Source of the DNA: Bacilli bacterium
GTDB lineage: Bacteria; Bacillota_I; Bacilli_A; RF39; UBA660
DNA length: 58,320 bases
Direction of reading: 5' to 3'
Assembly: GCA_017522615.1 (NCBI GenBank)
Contig: JAFWYR010000015.1
Coordinates: 1-58,320, forward strand
Of this stretch, positions 37,682-48,409 are shown in pieces. Both the position numbers and the translations under genes were made by a program. The notes beneath the pieces are model-generated. The model saw nothing but the letters and a program-made list of their open reading frames with translations. It did no database searches and was not told the DNA's origin. Each line of letters begins with the position of its first letter. The first letter of the stretch is position 1.

Positions 37682-39106
37682 TTATTCATATTCAAAACCG
37701 TCTTCTTTATCATATTCAAAAAATACTTTGTATGCTTTATAAGCATTGTATACATCAAATTTACTTGTTATTTCATAAGGTGAATGCATTGATAATACTG
37801 GAACTCCGCAGTCTAGAACATCTATTCCTCTATCGGCTAGAATATAGGCAATGGTTCCTCCACCACCTATTCCTATTTTTCCCATTTCAGACACTTGATA
37901 TTTGATGTTATTTTCTTCAAATATCTGTCTTACATATCCCACATATTCGGCATTAGCATCAGAAGCTCCTCCTTTTGAGGCACTTCCAGTATATTTTATA
38001 ATGGATATTCCATGATTTAAATATGATTCATTATTCTTTTCATATATATCTGGATAATTAGGATTGTAAGCTCCAGTAACATCAGCTGATAATAATTTAG
38101 AGTGATTAAATACTCTATTTAGGGTATTACCTTCGTCACCAATTGTCTTTTCTAATATTTTTTCTATAAAATATTCAAAGGTATGCGAATACATTCCGGT
38201 ATTACCCATACTTCCGATTTCTTCCTTGTCAGCTAAGATACATACGCAAGTTCTGTTTGGATTTTCTATCGATAAAATCGCTTCTAAACTTGTGTAGGCA
38301 CATACTCTATCATCTTGACCATATCCAGCAACTAAAGCTCTATCAAAACCTAAATCTCTAGCTTTCATTGCTGGAGTAAATTCTATTTCAGCACTTACGA
38401 AGTCTTCTTCTTTGATTCCATATTTTTCAAATAAAATATTTAATATATTTAATTTTACTCTCTCATCGATATCTCCTTCATAAGGAATACTACCAACTAT
38501 TATATTTAAGTTTTCAGCTTCTATTCCATCTTTTAAAGATTTCTTTTCTTGTTTGCTGGCTAGATGTGGTAGTAAATCGGCAATGGTGAATATTGGATCG
38601 TTTTCATCTTCACCGATTTTAACATCTATTATATCATTTGTACTTTTAACTATAACACCGTGCATAGATAATGGAATATTTACCCATTGATATTTTTTTA
38701 TCCCACCATAATAATGAGTTTTAAACATAGCAAGTTCATTATCTTCATATAATGGATTTGGTTTTAAATCTAGTCTAGGACTGTCGATGTGAGCTCCAAT
38801 CATATTGAAGCCTTCTTCTGGACTTTTTTCACCTAGTATAGCAATATATATACTTTTATCTCTATTTATGTAATATATTTTTTGTCCTGCTTTTAGTTCA
38901 TCATATTCATCGATGTTTACAAAATGATTTTGTTTTAGTTTTTCTTCTATTGCTTTTATACATTCTCGTTCAGTTTTATTTTCACTTATGAAATTTTTAT
39001 ATTTTTCATTAAAGTCAAATATTTGTTTTTTTTCTTTTTCTTCTATACTATCCCATGCATTTTTATTTGTTTTAAATAATTTTTCTTTTAATTTTTTTGC
39101 ATCCAT
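37682..39106 (-). CDS. M18 family aminopeptidase
   Basis: GAHIDSPRLDLKP, YYGGIKKYQW, GQDDR, KEEIGS and SMHSP. Confidence 0.93.
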   Translation of the reverse strand: MDAKKLKEKLFKTNKNAWDSIEEKEKKQIFDFNEKYKNFISENKTERECIKAIEEKLKQNHFVNIDEYDELKAGQKIYYINRDKSIYIAILGEKSPEEGFNMIGAHIDSPRLDLKPNPLYEDNELAMFKTHYYGGIKKYQWVNIPLSMHGVIVKSTNDIIDVKIGEDENDPIFTIADLLPHLASKQEKKSLKDGIEAENLNIIVGSIPYEGDIDERVKLNILNILFEKYGIKEEDFVSAEIEFTPAMKARDLGFDRALVAGYGQDDRVCAYTSLEAILSIENPNRTCVCILADKEEIGSMGNTGMYSHTFEYFIEKILEKTIGDEGNTLNRVFNHSKLLSADVTGAYNPNYPDIYEKNNESYLNHGISIIKYTGSASKGGASDANAEYVGYVRQIFEENNIKYQVSEMGKIGIGGGGTIAYILADRGIDVLDCGVPVLSMHSPYEITSKFDVYNAYKAYKVFFEYDKEDGFEYE

Positions 39107-39135
39107 AAGACACCCCTTTCCAGTTATATTATGTT

Positions 39136-40143
39136 CTAATAATTTTTATTTAAACCTCTTTCTAAGACTGGTATGTTGTTAAGTAATACTCCAGTTCCTT
39201 CGACAACACACGTAAGAGGACTGTCAGCTAGATAAACTGGGACTTTTAATTCGTGACTTAATAGTTTATCAAACCCATCTAATAATGCTCCACCACCGGT
39301 TAATACTATTCCTCTATCTATTATATCGGCTGATAATTCTGGTGGTGTATTTTCTAATACTGATTTAGCTGTATTTACAACTATATAAGCACTTTCTCTT
39401 AGAGCTTCTTCAGTTTCGGCAGATGTGATATTTATAGTATGTGGTAGTCCAGTTACTAAGTCTCTTCCTCTAACTTCCATGTTTTCTTCTCTAGACCCTG
39501 GGAATACTGTTCCGATTTTAAATTTAATTTCCTCGGCAGTAACTTCTCCTATTAATAATTTATATTTTTCTCTGATGTATTTTATTATGTCATTATCAAA
39601 GACATTACCAGCTACTTTAATAGATGCTGAATTTACTACTCCACCTAGTGATAAGATAGCTACGTCTGTTGTTCCTCCTCCGATATCGATTACCATGTTT
39701 CCACTTGCTTTAGAAATATCTAACCCAGCACCTATAGCGGCTACTTTTGGTTCTTCTTCTAGGTAAACTTTTCTAGCACCTGTCTTTTCAGCTGCTTCTC
39801 TTATAGCATTTTTTTCAACTTGAGTAATGTTTGATGGGCAGCATATTAATATTCTTGGTCTTGCGAAGAAACTTTTTCCATTTACTTTTCTAATAAAGTG
39901 ATTTAACATAATTTCGGTTATTTCAAAGTCGGCAATTACGCCGTCTTTCATGGGTCTAATTGCACGAACTTGACCTGGAGTTCTACCAAGCATTTCTTTA
40001 GCTTCTGTACCTACTGCGAGTGGTCTTTTGTTCTCTTCGTCTATTACGACAACACTTGGTTCATTTAATACAATTCCTTGCCCCTTTATGTAAATAAGAA
40101 CGTTTGCTGTTCCTAAATCTATTCCAATATCTTTTGAAAACAT
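39136..40143 (-). CDS. mbl: MreB-family rod shape protein Mbl
   Basis: IGIDLGTAN, DIGGGTT and LTGGGALL; lies downstream of spoIIID, as mbl does. Confidence 0.9.
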   Translation of the reverse strand: MFSKDIGIDLGTANVLIYIKGQGIVLNEPSVVVIDEENKRPLAVGTEAKEMLGRTPGQVRAIRPMKDGVIADFEITEIMLNHFIRKVNGKSFFARPRILICCPSNITQVEKNAIREAAEKTGARKVYLEEEPKVAAIGAGLDISKASGNMVIDIGGGTTDVAILSLGGVVNSASIKVAGNVFDNDIIKYIREKYKLLIGEVTAEEIKFKIGTVFPGSREENMEVRGRDLVTGLPHTINITSAETEEALRESAYIVVNTAKSVLENTPPELSADIIDRGIVLTGGGALLDGFDKLLSHELKVPVYLADSPLTCVVEGTGVLLNNIPVLERGLNKNY

Positions 40144-40186
40144 TCATATCACCTTTTTTCCTTTATATATTATAGCATGGTTATCT

Positions 40187-40459
40187 TTATTTTAATACAT
40201 TTTTATTCAATTTTTGATACTTTTTTTTAGTGGATTCTCCGCCTTTAATATGTCTCGTTTCTTTGTGATATTTTATAATACTTTTTATATGGTTATGAAC
40301 TTCTAAATCTATTAGTTTTAATCTATCTTTAAGATCTTTATGAACTGTACTTTTAGATACTTTATAATGTTTAGCTATTTCTCTTATAGTTTTGTTTGTC
40401 TCTATCATATAATGAGCTTCACTTAAAACTCTTTTTTCAATTCTGTTTTCCAAGTACAA
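40187..40459 (-). CDS. spoIIID: Sporulation transcription regulator SpoIIID
   Basis: TIREIAK..VSKSTVHKDL..RL and RHIKGGESTK. The start may be TTG 40453. Confidence 0.92.
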   Translation of the reverse strand: MYLENRIEKRVLSEAHYMIETNKTIREIAKHYKVSKSTVHKDLKDRLKLIDLEVHNHIKSIIKYHKETRHIKGGESTKKKYQKLNKNVLK

Positions 40460-40545
40460 CCTCCTTCATTTAAGTATATAAATTAGGAGATTGTTTTATT
40501 AAATAAGATATTTATATTTTAAAAAAATGTTCTTTTTTGAACATT

Positions 40546-41190
40546 TTATTTTATATCGGTTACTTGCTTATCAAATACTGATTCAGGGTTTATGTATTTT
40601 CCATCTAAGGTAATTTCAAATAATAAATGATTTCCTAAATCTTTTTCAAAATTTGATTCACCGGCTTTACCGATAACTGTGCCTTGTGATATTTGATCGT
40701 TTTCTTTAACTGTTACTTCAGATAAACTTTGATATGTAGTTGTTATTTTATTTTCATGTTCTATTGTAACTATTTTTCCCATTAGTTTATCATCTTTAAC
40801 ACTTGTTACTTTTCCATCTAGTATACTTCTTACTTCAAATTGTTCATCGACACCACCAAATATGACACCGCTGTTTTGAATGTATGTAGATTCATAGTTT
40901 ATGATAGAATTTTCTTGGGTTTTTTCGTCAGCTTTATAGTCATAGTATCCTTTTAATACTTTAACTTCGGCATTTGAGTATGGTCTAATTATGACTTTTG
41001 GAGTACTTACAACTCTTTTTACACCATCATCAAATAATCTAGATACATATGTGTAGTCATTATCTTCTTTTGGAGTTACACTCATTTTTCTGCTTGAATA
41101 ATCGGCATAGTATAATAATCCCATAAGTATTAAAAACAATCCAAAGTATATAGCATATAACGCATTTCTTTTCGTTTTATCTTTTTCCAT
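40546..41190 (-). CDS. spoIIQ: SpoIIQ-like M23 (LytM) domain membrane protein
   Basis: N-terminal TM; M23 fold with degenerate metal ligands (QNSGV, NHLLFE); located between spoIID and spoIIID. Confidence 0.75.
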   Translation of the reverse strand: MEKDKTKRNALYAIYFGLFLILMGLLYYADYSSRKMSVTPKEDNDYTYVSRLFDDGVKRVVSTPKVIIRPYSNAEVKVLKGYYDYKADEKTQENSIINYESTYIQNSGVIFGGVDEQFEVRSILDGKVTSVKDDKLMGKIVTIEHENKITTTYQSLSEVTVKENDQISQGTVIGKAGESNFEKDLGNHLLFEITLDGKYINPESVFDKQVTDIK

Positions 41191-41235
41191 TTTTTCACCT
41201 CTAATATCATTTTGGTAAATAATTTAAAAAATATA

Positions 41236-42138
41236 CTACATTTTTTGGATTTCTGTTCCTTCATAATAATGTTTTAAAATATCTTTATAATTATATCCTT
41301 CTTTGGCCATACCGTTTGCTCCATATTGACTTAGACCAACTCCGTGTCCAAATCCTTTAGTTGTTATTATTACCTGATCATTATTTTGTTTTATTTCAAA
41401 GTAATTCGATCTTATTTGTAATTTTGATGATACATCCCTTCCTTTTAGTTCTATACCATTTATTTTTAATTTTTTAGTTCTTCCAGTACTTGTTTTTTCT
41501 AATACTTCTATTTCTATTTTGTCTTTATATTCTAAATCTAATTTTTGATAGAAATCTTTTAGGTTTATGGTTACTGTATCGGTAAATACTGGAGAGGATG
41601 TATCCCACTCACTAGATACACTTCTTAAATAAGGTAACTTTGAGACAAATACTTCTTCACTGTTTTCAGTTTTCCCGACACTTGTCGAAAAAAACATAGC
41701 GTTTATTGTCTCACCATTATACGTTAGATATTCCCCTTTTGTTTCTAAAATAGCTTCTTTTACTTTATTTATATTTTCAACATATTTTGATTTCCATTTT
41801 TCTTTTAGTTCTTCATCGGTTAGGTAAACTTGATTTGATGTGGTGTTTGTAACATCATATTCGTTTCCATTCATATGGTATAAAGCATAACTTCTAGAAG
41901 CTACAGCTTGAGCTTTTAAGGCTTCTAGTTCAAATTCTGTAGGCATTTCACCAGATACTACACCTTTTACATAATCTTCAAATGGAATTTCTAGTATGTT
42001 TCCTGTTTTTTCATCTTTTACTTTTATAGTTTTATTGGTGATGAATTCAAATTTTATCTCTTCTGTTCTGACAAAAATTTGGGTAACAAAAAAAGGGATT
42101 AATATAATTAGTGCGGTAAATAGTATTAACTTTTTCAT
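41236..42138 (-). CDS. spoIID: Stage II sporulation protein D
   Basis: YVKGVVSGEMP, EALKAQAVASR, GFGHGVGLSQYGA and ILKHYY. Confidence 0.93.
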   Translation of the reverse strand: MKKLILFTALIILIPFFVTQIFVRTEEIKFEFITNKTIKVKDEKTGNILEIPFEDYVKGVVSGEMPTEFELEALKAQAVASRSYALYHMNGNEYDVTNTTSNQVYLTDEELKEKWKSKYVENINKVKEAILETKGEYLTYNGETINAMFFSTSVGKTENSEEVFVSKLPYLRSVSSEWDTSSPVFTDTVTINLKDFYQKLDLEYKDKIEIEVLEKTSTGRTKKLKINGIELKGRDVSSKLQIRSNYFEIKQNNDQVIITTKGFGHGVGLSQYGANGMAKEGYNYKDILKHYYEGTEIQKM

Positions 42139-42150
42139 ATTGTAATCCTC

Positions 42151-42345
42151 CTATATGATTTTTGAATTTATAAAAAAATCGTATAAAAAGTTGACTACTA
42201 GATATGATAAAGACATACTCACTAATATATATAATGCCCTAGCTTGATAATATCTATTCTTTTTAAATAGTCCAGTTATATTGATACTTTCTAAAGCCCA
42301 AATTGAAATGATCAGAAAGATTAAATATAATGTTACTTTTAACAT
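42151..42345 (-). CDS. DUF1146 / YwzB family membrane protein
   Basis: WALESIN..FKK..QAR.LYIL..SYLV.NF. Confidence 0.8.
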   Translation of the reverse strand: MLKVTLYLIFLIISIWALESINITGLFKKNRYYQARALYILVSMSLSYLVVNFLYDFFINSKII

Positions 42346-42857
42346 TTGTAATTGTTTACCATTTCTATTCTTCTTTTATGTCTTTCCTCATTACTAAAAT
42401 TTGTCTTTAAGAAAACATCGACTATATCTTTGGCTTTATATAATGGCATATCTCCATTTAATGCGACAATATTAGCATCATTATCTAATCTTGTATATTT
42501 TGCTTCTTTAACATTGCTTACTTTGGCACATCTAACATTTTTTACTTTATTGCATGCGATACTAATGCCAATACCACTACCACATATAGCAATTCCCTTA
42601 TCTACTTTTAAATCTCTTACGGCTTCACCTAATTTAAAACCATATTCGGGATAATCGTGACTCGATTCACTATCACATCCATAGTCAATTACAGTATATC
42701 CCTTTCTATTTAAATAAATTGTAAGTTTTTGTTTTAATTTATATCCTCTGTGGTCTGAAGCTATTCCTATTTTTTTTGTATTTATTTTTAAATCTAAAAT
42801 TGTCTTTTCTTGATAATCATTTTTAACTATATCTGTTAATGTAGCTTTGTTATCCAT
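42339..42857 (-). CDS. rpiB: Ribose-5-phosphate isomerase B
   Basis: IASDHRG, ICGSGIGISIACNK and RHKRR. Start placed at ATG 42857. Confidence 0.9.
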   Translation of the reverse strand: MDNKATLTDIVKNDYQEKTILDLKINTKKIGIASDHRGYKLKQKLTIYLNRKGYTVIDYGCDSESSHDYPEYGFKLGEAVRDLKVDKGIAICGSGIGISIACNKVKNVRCAKVSNVKEAKYTRLDNDANIVALNGDMPLYKAKDIVDVFLKTNFSNEERHKRRIEMVNNYKC

Positions 42858-42870
42858 ATTATCACCCTTT

Positions 42871-43059
42871 CTATCTTGTTTTTTGATTTTCTGTTTCTGA
42901 TACATAATTAGATATTAAATGTAGTTCTATTTCAATTAGTTCTAACATTTTATCATATATTTTTTTTGTTTCTTCGTCAGCTAAATCATAGTTTTTGTAT
43001 ACTTCTTCTCTTTTACTAATTAATTGTTTTTTCTTAACATGCAATAAATCTTCTGCCAT
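42871..43059 (-). CDS. Hypothetical protein
   Basis: 62-aa ORF with an AGGAGG RBS; first gene of the rpiB run. Confidence 0.65.
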   Translation of the reverse strand: MAEDLLHVKKKQLISKREEVYKNYDLADEETKKIYDKMLELIEIELHLISNYVSETENQKTR

Positions 43060-43141
43060 TTATGCCTCCTATAGTAATTATATATTATTTTTATTTTAAC
43101 GACAAGTAAAAAGACTGTAATCTTATCGATTACAATCTTTA

Positions 43142-44047
43142 TTATTTAAATTTTACAGCAGAAGAAATCTTAGTATTATCTGTAATAATTCCATCTTTAC
43201 CAGCGTCTACATTGTTTCCAGGACCAAATGAACTGTTTCCTTGAGTTGCTGAAGAAAGAATTATTGATAAATCTTGAACATCATTTAGTGCTATTTTTGA
43301 ATAATCTCTTTTTACAACTCCTGCAACAAATGAAGCAGTTGAAGATGCTTTAGTAATTAATAATCCTCCATTATTACCACTAGCATCTATTACTTGGGCA
43401 GCAATATATTCTTTTCCGTTAATATTTGCAATCATATTACTAACTTGGTCAGGATATTTCTGAGCCATAGCTTGTTTATATTCTTCATATGTGTTTGTAT
43501 AATCTACTTGAATAATATAGCAAATAGATTCTGTGTATATAGCTAATCCTTCGTTAACAACTTCTGATTCATATCCTGTTGGAACGGTGAATGAATAACC
43601 AGCATATGACACTTTATTACCAGTACTTACTGGCGTTCCATTATCTCCATTATCTCCATTATCTGTTTGTTCTGGAACTTTAGTTTCTCCTGTAGTTCCT
43701 CCTGTCGGAGTAGTCTTTTTATCCCCATTAAATACAAAGACAAATAGTAGAACTGCAACTATAGCAACTACTGCCAAAGCAACAATTAAAATGATAGTTG
43801 TATTATTTTTTGGCTGATTGTTAAATTGATTTGGCTGTTGATACTGTGGCATTGGTTGATTTACTGGTTGTTGATATTGTGGCATTGGCTGATTAACTGG
43901 TTGCGTTCCCATTTGTGGATTTGGTTGTCCCATTGGTTGCTGACTTTGAATATTTTGACTATTCATTTGATTACTTACTGGTGTTCCACAATTTGGGCAT
44001 ACGGCTTCTGTCCCATTTAATTGATTTCCACATTTTTGACAAAACAT
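43142..44047 (-). CDS. Zinc-ribbon single-TM protein with Gln/Pro repeats
   Basis: CQKC...CPNC, QPVNQPMPQY x2, a TM helix and DNG x3 (CCATTATCT x3 at 43638-43664). Confidence 0.8.
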   Translation of the reverse strand: MFCQKCGNQLNGTEAVCPNCGTPVSNQMNSQNIQSQQPMGQPNPQMGTQPVNQPMPQYQQPVNQPMPQYQQPNQFNNQPKNNTTIILIVALAVVAIVAVLLFVFVFNGDKKTTPTGGTTGETKVPEQTDNGDNGDNGTPVSTGNKVSYAGYSFTVPTGYESEVVNEGLAIYTESICYIIQVDYTNTYEEYKQAMAQKYPDQVSNMIANINGKEYIAAQVIDASGNNGGLLITKASSTASFVAGVVKRDYSKIALNDVQDLSIILSSATQGNSSFGPGNNVDAGKDGIITDNTKISSAVKFK

Positions 44048-44138
44048 TTTATATACCTCCCTTTTATTTTATACAATATTATAGTATCATACTTTTATTG
44101 TTTTTCTACTTAAATTTTATTATTTTTTCTTTTCTTTA

Positions 44139-46031
44139 CTAATTCTTTACAAAAGTTCCATAATCATCCCATGAACCATTCCAATTTGGTTTTGATGCGG
44201 GAGTTTTATATAGAATCTTTTCGAAATTTGTACCTTTTTCTATATTCCAATTATTTATTGAATCTACATTATTTAAGTCACTAGAATTACTAAACATATA
44301 ACTAAAATCTGTTCCACTCGATGTATTCCAATTTTTTATATCATTTAAAGTTTTTAAATTGGTATGATTAAACGAATATGAAAAGTCTTTTACATTAGAT
44401 ACATTCCAATTTTTAAGTCCTTTTATATTATTTACCTTAGTATGATCCATAAATCCTTTTAAAATAGTAATATTTGAGGTGTCCCATTTTTCTAAAGAAT
44501 TTACATTTTCTATACTTGTTGTTGAAAAAATTTCTTTTAATGATGTTACTTTTGATATATTCCAATCTTTGATTCCATTGATATTTTTAAGTTTTCTAGC
44601 TCCCGTGAACATATTTTCTATTTTTTCTATATTTGAAGTATTCCAATTTTTTAGTGCGTCCAAGTCCTCTATTTGAGTATGTTCAAATGCTCCAGATAAG
44701 TCTTGAACGGACTCTGTATTCCAATTTTGAAGTCCATTTATATTTTTTAATTTTATGCATGTACCAAACATGTATGCCATACTTTTTACTTTAGATGTAT
44801 CCCATTTTTGTAAGGCATCTGTGTTTTCAATTTCAGTAGAATTAAACATATTTGTAAATGAAGTTACTTTTTTTGTATTCCAATCTTTCAAAGGTTTTAA
44901 GTCTTTTATTCTAGTATAAGCGAACATTGATATCATAGATTCTATATTTGAAGTATCCCAATCTTTTAATGGGGTAATATCACTTATGTCAGTTTGTTCA
45001 AATGTCGATATTGCTGTTTTTAAATTATTAGTATCAAAATATTTTAAAATTTCAATATTAGTTATACCAGTGTTTTGAAAAAGATTATTTATAGAAGTTA
45101 AGTTTGATGTGTCAAAGCCTATTAAGGGGGTAATGTCCGTTAATGATTCACAGTCACAGAACATGTATGACACATTTTCTAATTTTTTTGTATTAAAATA
45201 TGATAATGATTTGATATTTGAGAGATTTTTATCTCCAGTAAAAAAGCTCATCATGTTTTCTACATCCGATGTATCTATATATTTAAGATTATCTATATCG
45301 GTTAATGATTCTAAGTGTGAAAATGTATCATAACAGTCTTTATTAAATTTTATTTTATTTTCACTATAGAAATTTAATTCTCCATCTTTATACCAAACGT
45401 ATATTGGTTTACTAGATTCTTTTGTCGAAACTATATTATTATCTATTTTATATTCATTTTCTATATTATCTTTAACACTTATTTTTTTAATATTTTTGTC
45501 GCTAAAGCTTGTTGTTATTGTCTCTCCAGGATTTGATAATTCTAATATTTTTTTATTTAATTTACTTCCTTCAAATAGTGTTGAATAGTTTTCTTTTTTT
45601 GTTTTTTCTATTTTTATTTTACTTGATAATTCAACACTAGTTTTTTTATCTATGTTTTGATATATTAATTCTAACTTATATTTTTCTTTTGATTTTTTAG
45701 GAATTTCTACTATAGCAAGAGTTGTTGTTTCATTATCATGAATAATTCCTTTTTTTATCATTTTATTATCTTTATTTAGGTAATATATTACCATTCCATT
45801 TATATTATTTTTATCGGTATCTACTATTTTTAAATCTATTTTTTTATCGTTATCTTTATTGTTTTCTATTATTATTTCTTTATTAAATGTACTATCGGAG
45901 TTTAATACTGTTTTTAATTCTTTTTCAGAATTATCCATACTAATTGTAATTGAACTATTTGATGAAATTATTAATAATGTAGAAATAATGATTATTACTA
46001 TGCCTAATATGATTACAATTTTCTTTTTCAT
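44139..46031 (-). CDS. BspA-like / DUF285 leucine-rich-repeat surface protein
   Basis: N-terminal TM and many L..WDTSN...M..MF repeats of about 25 aa. Start placed at ATG 46031. Confidence 0.85.
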   Translation of the reverse strand: MKKKIVIILGIVIIIISTLLIISSNSSITISMDNSEKELKTVLNSDSTFNKEIIIENNKDNDKKIDLKIVDTDKNNINGMVIYYLNKDNKMIKKGIIHDNETTTLAIVEIPKKSKEKYKLELIYQNIDKKTSVELSSKIKIEKTKKENYSTLFEGSKLNKKILELSNPGETITTSFSDKNIKKISVKDNIENEYKIDNNIVSTKESSKPIYVWYKDGELNFYSENKIKFNKDCYDTFSHLESLTDIDNLKYIDTSDVENMMSFFTGDKNLSNIKSLSYFNTKKLENVSYMFCDCESLTDITPLIGFDTSNLTSINNLFQNTGITNIEILKYFDTNNLKTAISTFEQTDISDITPLKDWDTSNIESMISMFAYTRIKDLKPLKDWNTKKVTSFTNMFNSTEIENTDALQKWDTSKVKSMAYMFGTCIKLKNINGLQNWNTESVQDLSGAFEHTQIEDLDALKNWNTSNIEKIENMFTGARKLKNINGIKDWNISKVTSLKEIFSTTSIENVNSLEKWDTSNITILKGFMDHTKVNNIKGLKNWNVSNVKDFSYSFNHTNLKTLNDIKNWNTSSGTDFSYMFSNSSDLNNVDSINNWNIEKGTNFEKILYKTPASKPNWNGSWDDYGTFVKN

Positions 46032-46042
46032 ACTTACCTCCT

Positions 46043-48094
46043 TTAATTCATTTTTACTACTTTCGAATAATATGTGTTGTCTGATGTGTCCCATATTTTA
46101 AATACAGCATAATAGTCATATTCACTATCAAAGTCTTCTCTAATATATTTAAATTCGTTAGTTAACATTACTAATCCCGTATATATTCCGTTGCCAGCAT
46201 AATTAGGAATAAAATTACCATTTTCGTCCATTATTTTATATTTTTGACTAGCATAAGTTATATAGGTATAGTCTTTTATACTTGAACCAATGTTTGAAAA
46301 TAATGAAAAATCCGATTTGTTGTTTTTATTATTTCCATTTATAATTGTAGAAGTTATATATCCATTTGGATGTTTGTCGTCTATTCTGATTGTAACATTT
46401 GCGTTGACGTAATTTAAACCTCTATTTAATATTGGAAATGTTACTACATCGACATAATCATCTGTAACTTCTTTTTCAACTAGGGTAATCCAGCAATTGT
46501 CATCATCATATTCTATATCTGAAAATCTTAGTAATTTTCCTTGAACGTTTGCCTTTAACTTATTTCCTTCTAATTTTACTGATTTACCTACATATAATAA
46601 TTTGTGATATCCATCTTTAGTATCCACGAATACTGAATACTGTGCTTTAGCAAATTTTTCTTTTTCTTCTGTTGTTAATTCAATTTCAAAGTCGGCAGTT
46701 TCCTTTTTTGTTTCTTTAACTATAGCCTCTTTATTATTAAATGAAGATACATAATTTGATTTGTTATTGTTTTTTAGATTAATAAAATTATTTAAATAAT
46801 TTAAATAATTATTTGAAGGTGTAATTTTGTCATATGTATTCATAAAAATATTTGAGTTATATGGATGATATATTGATAACCCATGTGAGTAATTGTTATT
46901 TGAAAAGTTGTATATAACTGCACTATTAATATTTTCTTTTACTTTCTCACTATTTGTAGAAAAACTACTATAATTATCGGCAAAATCATATAGATCTATC
47001 ATATCATAGCTAGGTTCACTTGCTGCATATTGGTTTAGATTTGATCTTATTCTCGATATTTCATTATAATTATTTTTTAAACTTGAATTTAAATCTTGAG
47101 ATAAATTGTTTAAACTATTATTTAATTCATCTATTTTTGACAGATCAATTAAGGAATAAGTTATATCTAAGCAATAGTTTTCTGCGATGTTTTGTCCTGA
47201 ATCATGATTACAAAAATTAGTGACTGTTTCTTTATATGTTTCGATTTGTTTCTTACCAATATTTATTCCATTATCAGTACTTTGAATATTATTAATATAT
47301 CTTAATGCTGAATCTATGGTAGATCCTACTGTAACTTCTTCTGATGCGATTAAATAATCTGCATAATCTTTATATATGTTAGCAACTTCTAAAGTAGCAT
47401 TTAGACAAGTCCTAAATGAAACTACTTCTAACTTGTTATTTTTATTAAAATAACTTTCTTCAAGAGCGGTTTTCATTTCAGGAAGTTTTAAATTGTCGTT
47501 TCCAGTTATCATGTTGCCACTTAATTCATCATATTCACTTCCGTCAACGGCACCTCCATGATTCCAAAAAACTAAATCATATTTTTGAGTTTTATAGTTT
47601 TCATATGAATAATTTAAAAAGTATGTTAAATTTTTAGCATCTCCCATGTTATCTTTTTGTCTTTGATTTACTTTTACAAATCCACTTTGTGTTAATTCAT
47701 AAATAGACGTTTCAGTACTATCTATATAATCGTTTTTCCATGTTTTAGTTCCTCCAGCCATTATTAATACATTTATATTGTTGGCATGAGTTTTTTGATA
47801 ATCTAAATCTTTTAAGTCTCTAGATGCTAGACCTGCAGTTGTCTCCAAGTCAGTTCCTACCATATAAATCATTATAGTTTTTCCAGCATTATTTTTATTT
47901 ATGTAAAAAAATCCACCAATGATGCAAAAACAAATTATTAAGACTATAGCTCCTATTAAAATATGATTGACATTTAATCCGTTTTTCTTTTGATAAGTAT
48001 TTATTTGTACTTGATTTTGATTGTTGCTTAATCCACAATATTGACAAAAGTTACTATTTGGAGAAATTTGCTTTCCACAGTTACTACAATACAT
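46043..48094 (-). CDS. Membrane-anchored clostripain-family (C11) peptidase with an N-terminal zinc ribbon
   Basis: CSNC...CQYC, a TM, IYMVGTDLE, WNHGG (His) and FRTCL (Cys), ASEE, GLSIY. Confidence 0.85.
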   Translation of the reverse strand: MYCSNCGKQISPNSNFCQYCGLSNNQNQVQINTYQKKNGLNVNHILIGAIVLIICFCIIGGFFYINKNNAGKTIMIYMVGTDLETTAGLASRDLKDLDYQKTHANNINVLIMAGGTKTWKNDYIDSTETSIYELTQSGFVKVNQRQKDNMGDAKNLTYFLNYSYENYKTQKYDLVFWNHGGAVDGSEYDELSGNMITGNDNLKLPEMKTALEESYFNKNNKLEVVSFRTCLNATLEVANIYKDYADYLIASEEVTVGSTIDSALRYINNIQSTDNGINIGKKQIETYKETVTNFCNHDSGQNIAENYCLDITYSLIDLSKIDELNNSLNNLSQDLNSSLKNNYNEISRIRSNLNQYAASEPSYDMIDLYDFADNYSSFSTNSEKVKENINSAVIYNFSNNNYSHGLSIYHPYNSNIFMNTYDKITPSNNYLNYLNNFINLKNNNKSNYVSSFNNKEAIVKETKKETADFEIELTTEEKEKFAKAQYSVFVDTKDGYHKLLYVGKSVKLEGNKLKANVQGKLLRFSDIEYDDDNCWITLVEKEVTDDYVDVVTFPILNRGLNYVNANVTIRIDDKHPNGYITSTIINGNNKNNKSDFSLFSNIGSSIKDYTYITYASQKYKIMDENGNFIPNYAGNGIYTGLVMLTNEFKYIREDFDSEYDYYAVFKIWDTSDNTYYSKVVKMN

Positions 48095-48173
48095 TATTAC
48101 ACCCCATATTCTATTACTTTTAGTATATCATTAATGCCGGCAAAAATAAATAAAAAAAGTAATAGTTGTACTA

Positions 48174-48395
48174 TTACTTAACAAATGGTAGTAAAGCCAT
48201 AAATCTTGCTTTTTTAACTTCACCAGCTATATATCTTTGGTGTTTTGCACATGTACCAGTAATTCTTCTTGGTAATATTTTAGCTTTATCTAAACTTATA
48301 TATCTTTTAAGATCTTGACTCTTATAGTCGATATCTTTATGTCTTCCGTTACATAATTGGCATACTTTTCTCTTTTTTCTTCTGTATTCTGCCAT
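48174..48395 (-). CDS. rpsR: 30S ribosomal protein S18
   Basis: [18 protein letters not shown] and ARFMALLP; Zn-binding Cys form. Confidence 0.97.
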   Translation of the reverse strand: MAEYRRKKRKVCQLCNGRHKDIDYKSQDLKRYISLDKAKILPRRITGTCAKHQRYIAGEVKKARFMALLPFVK

Positions 48396-48409
48396 GGTAT
48401 ATTCCTCCT

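Noticed and set aside
43638-43905. Tandem repeats as a CRISPR array or other non-coding repeat
   Set aside because: They are in-frame coding repeats without spacers. No CRISPR array or cas gene was seen in the window.
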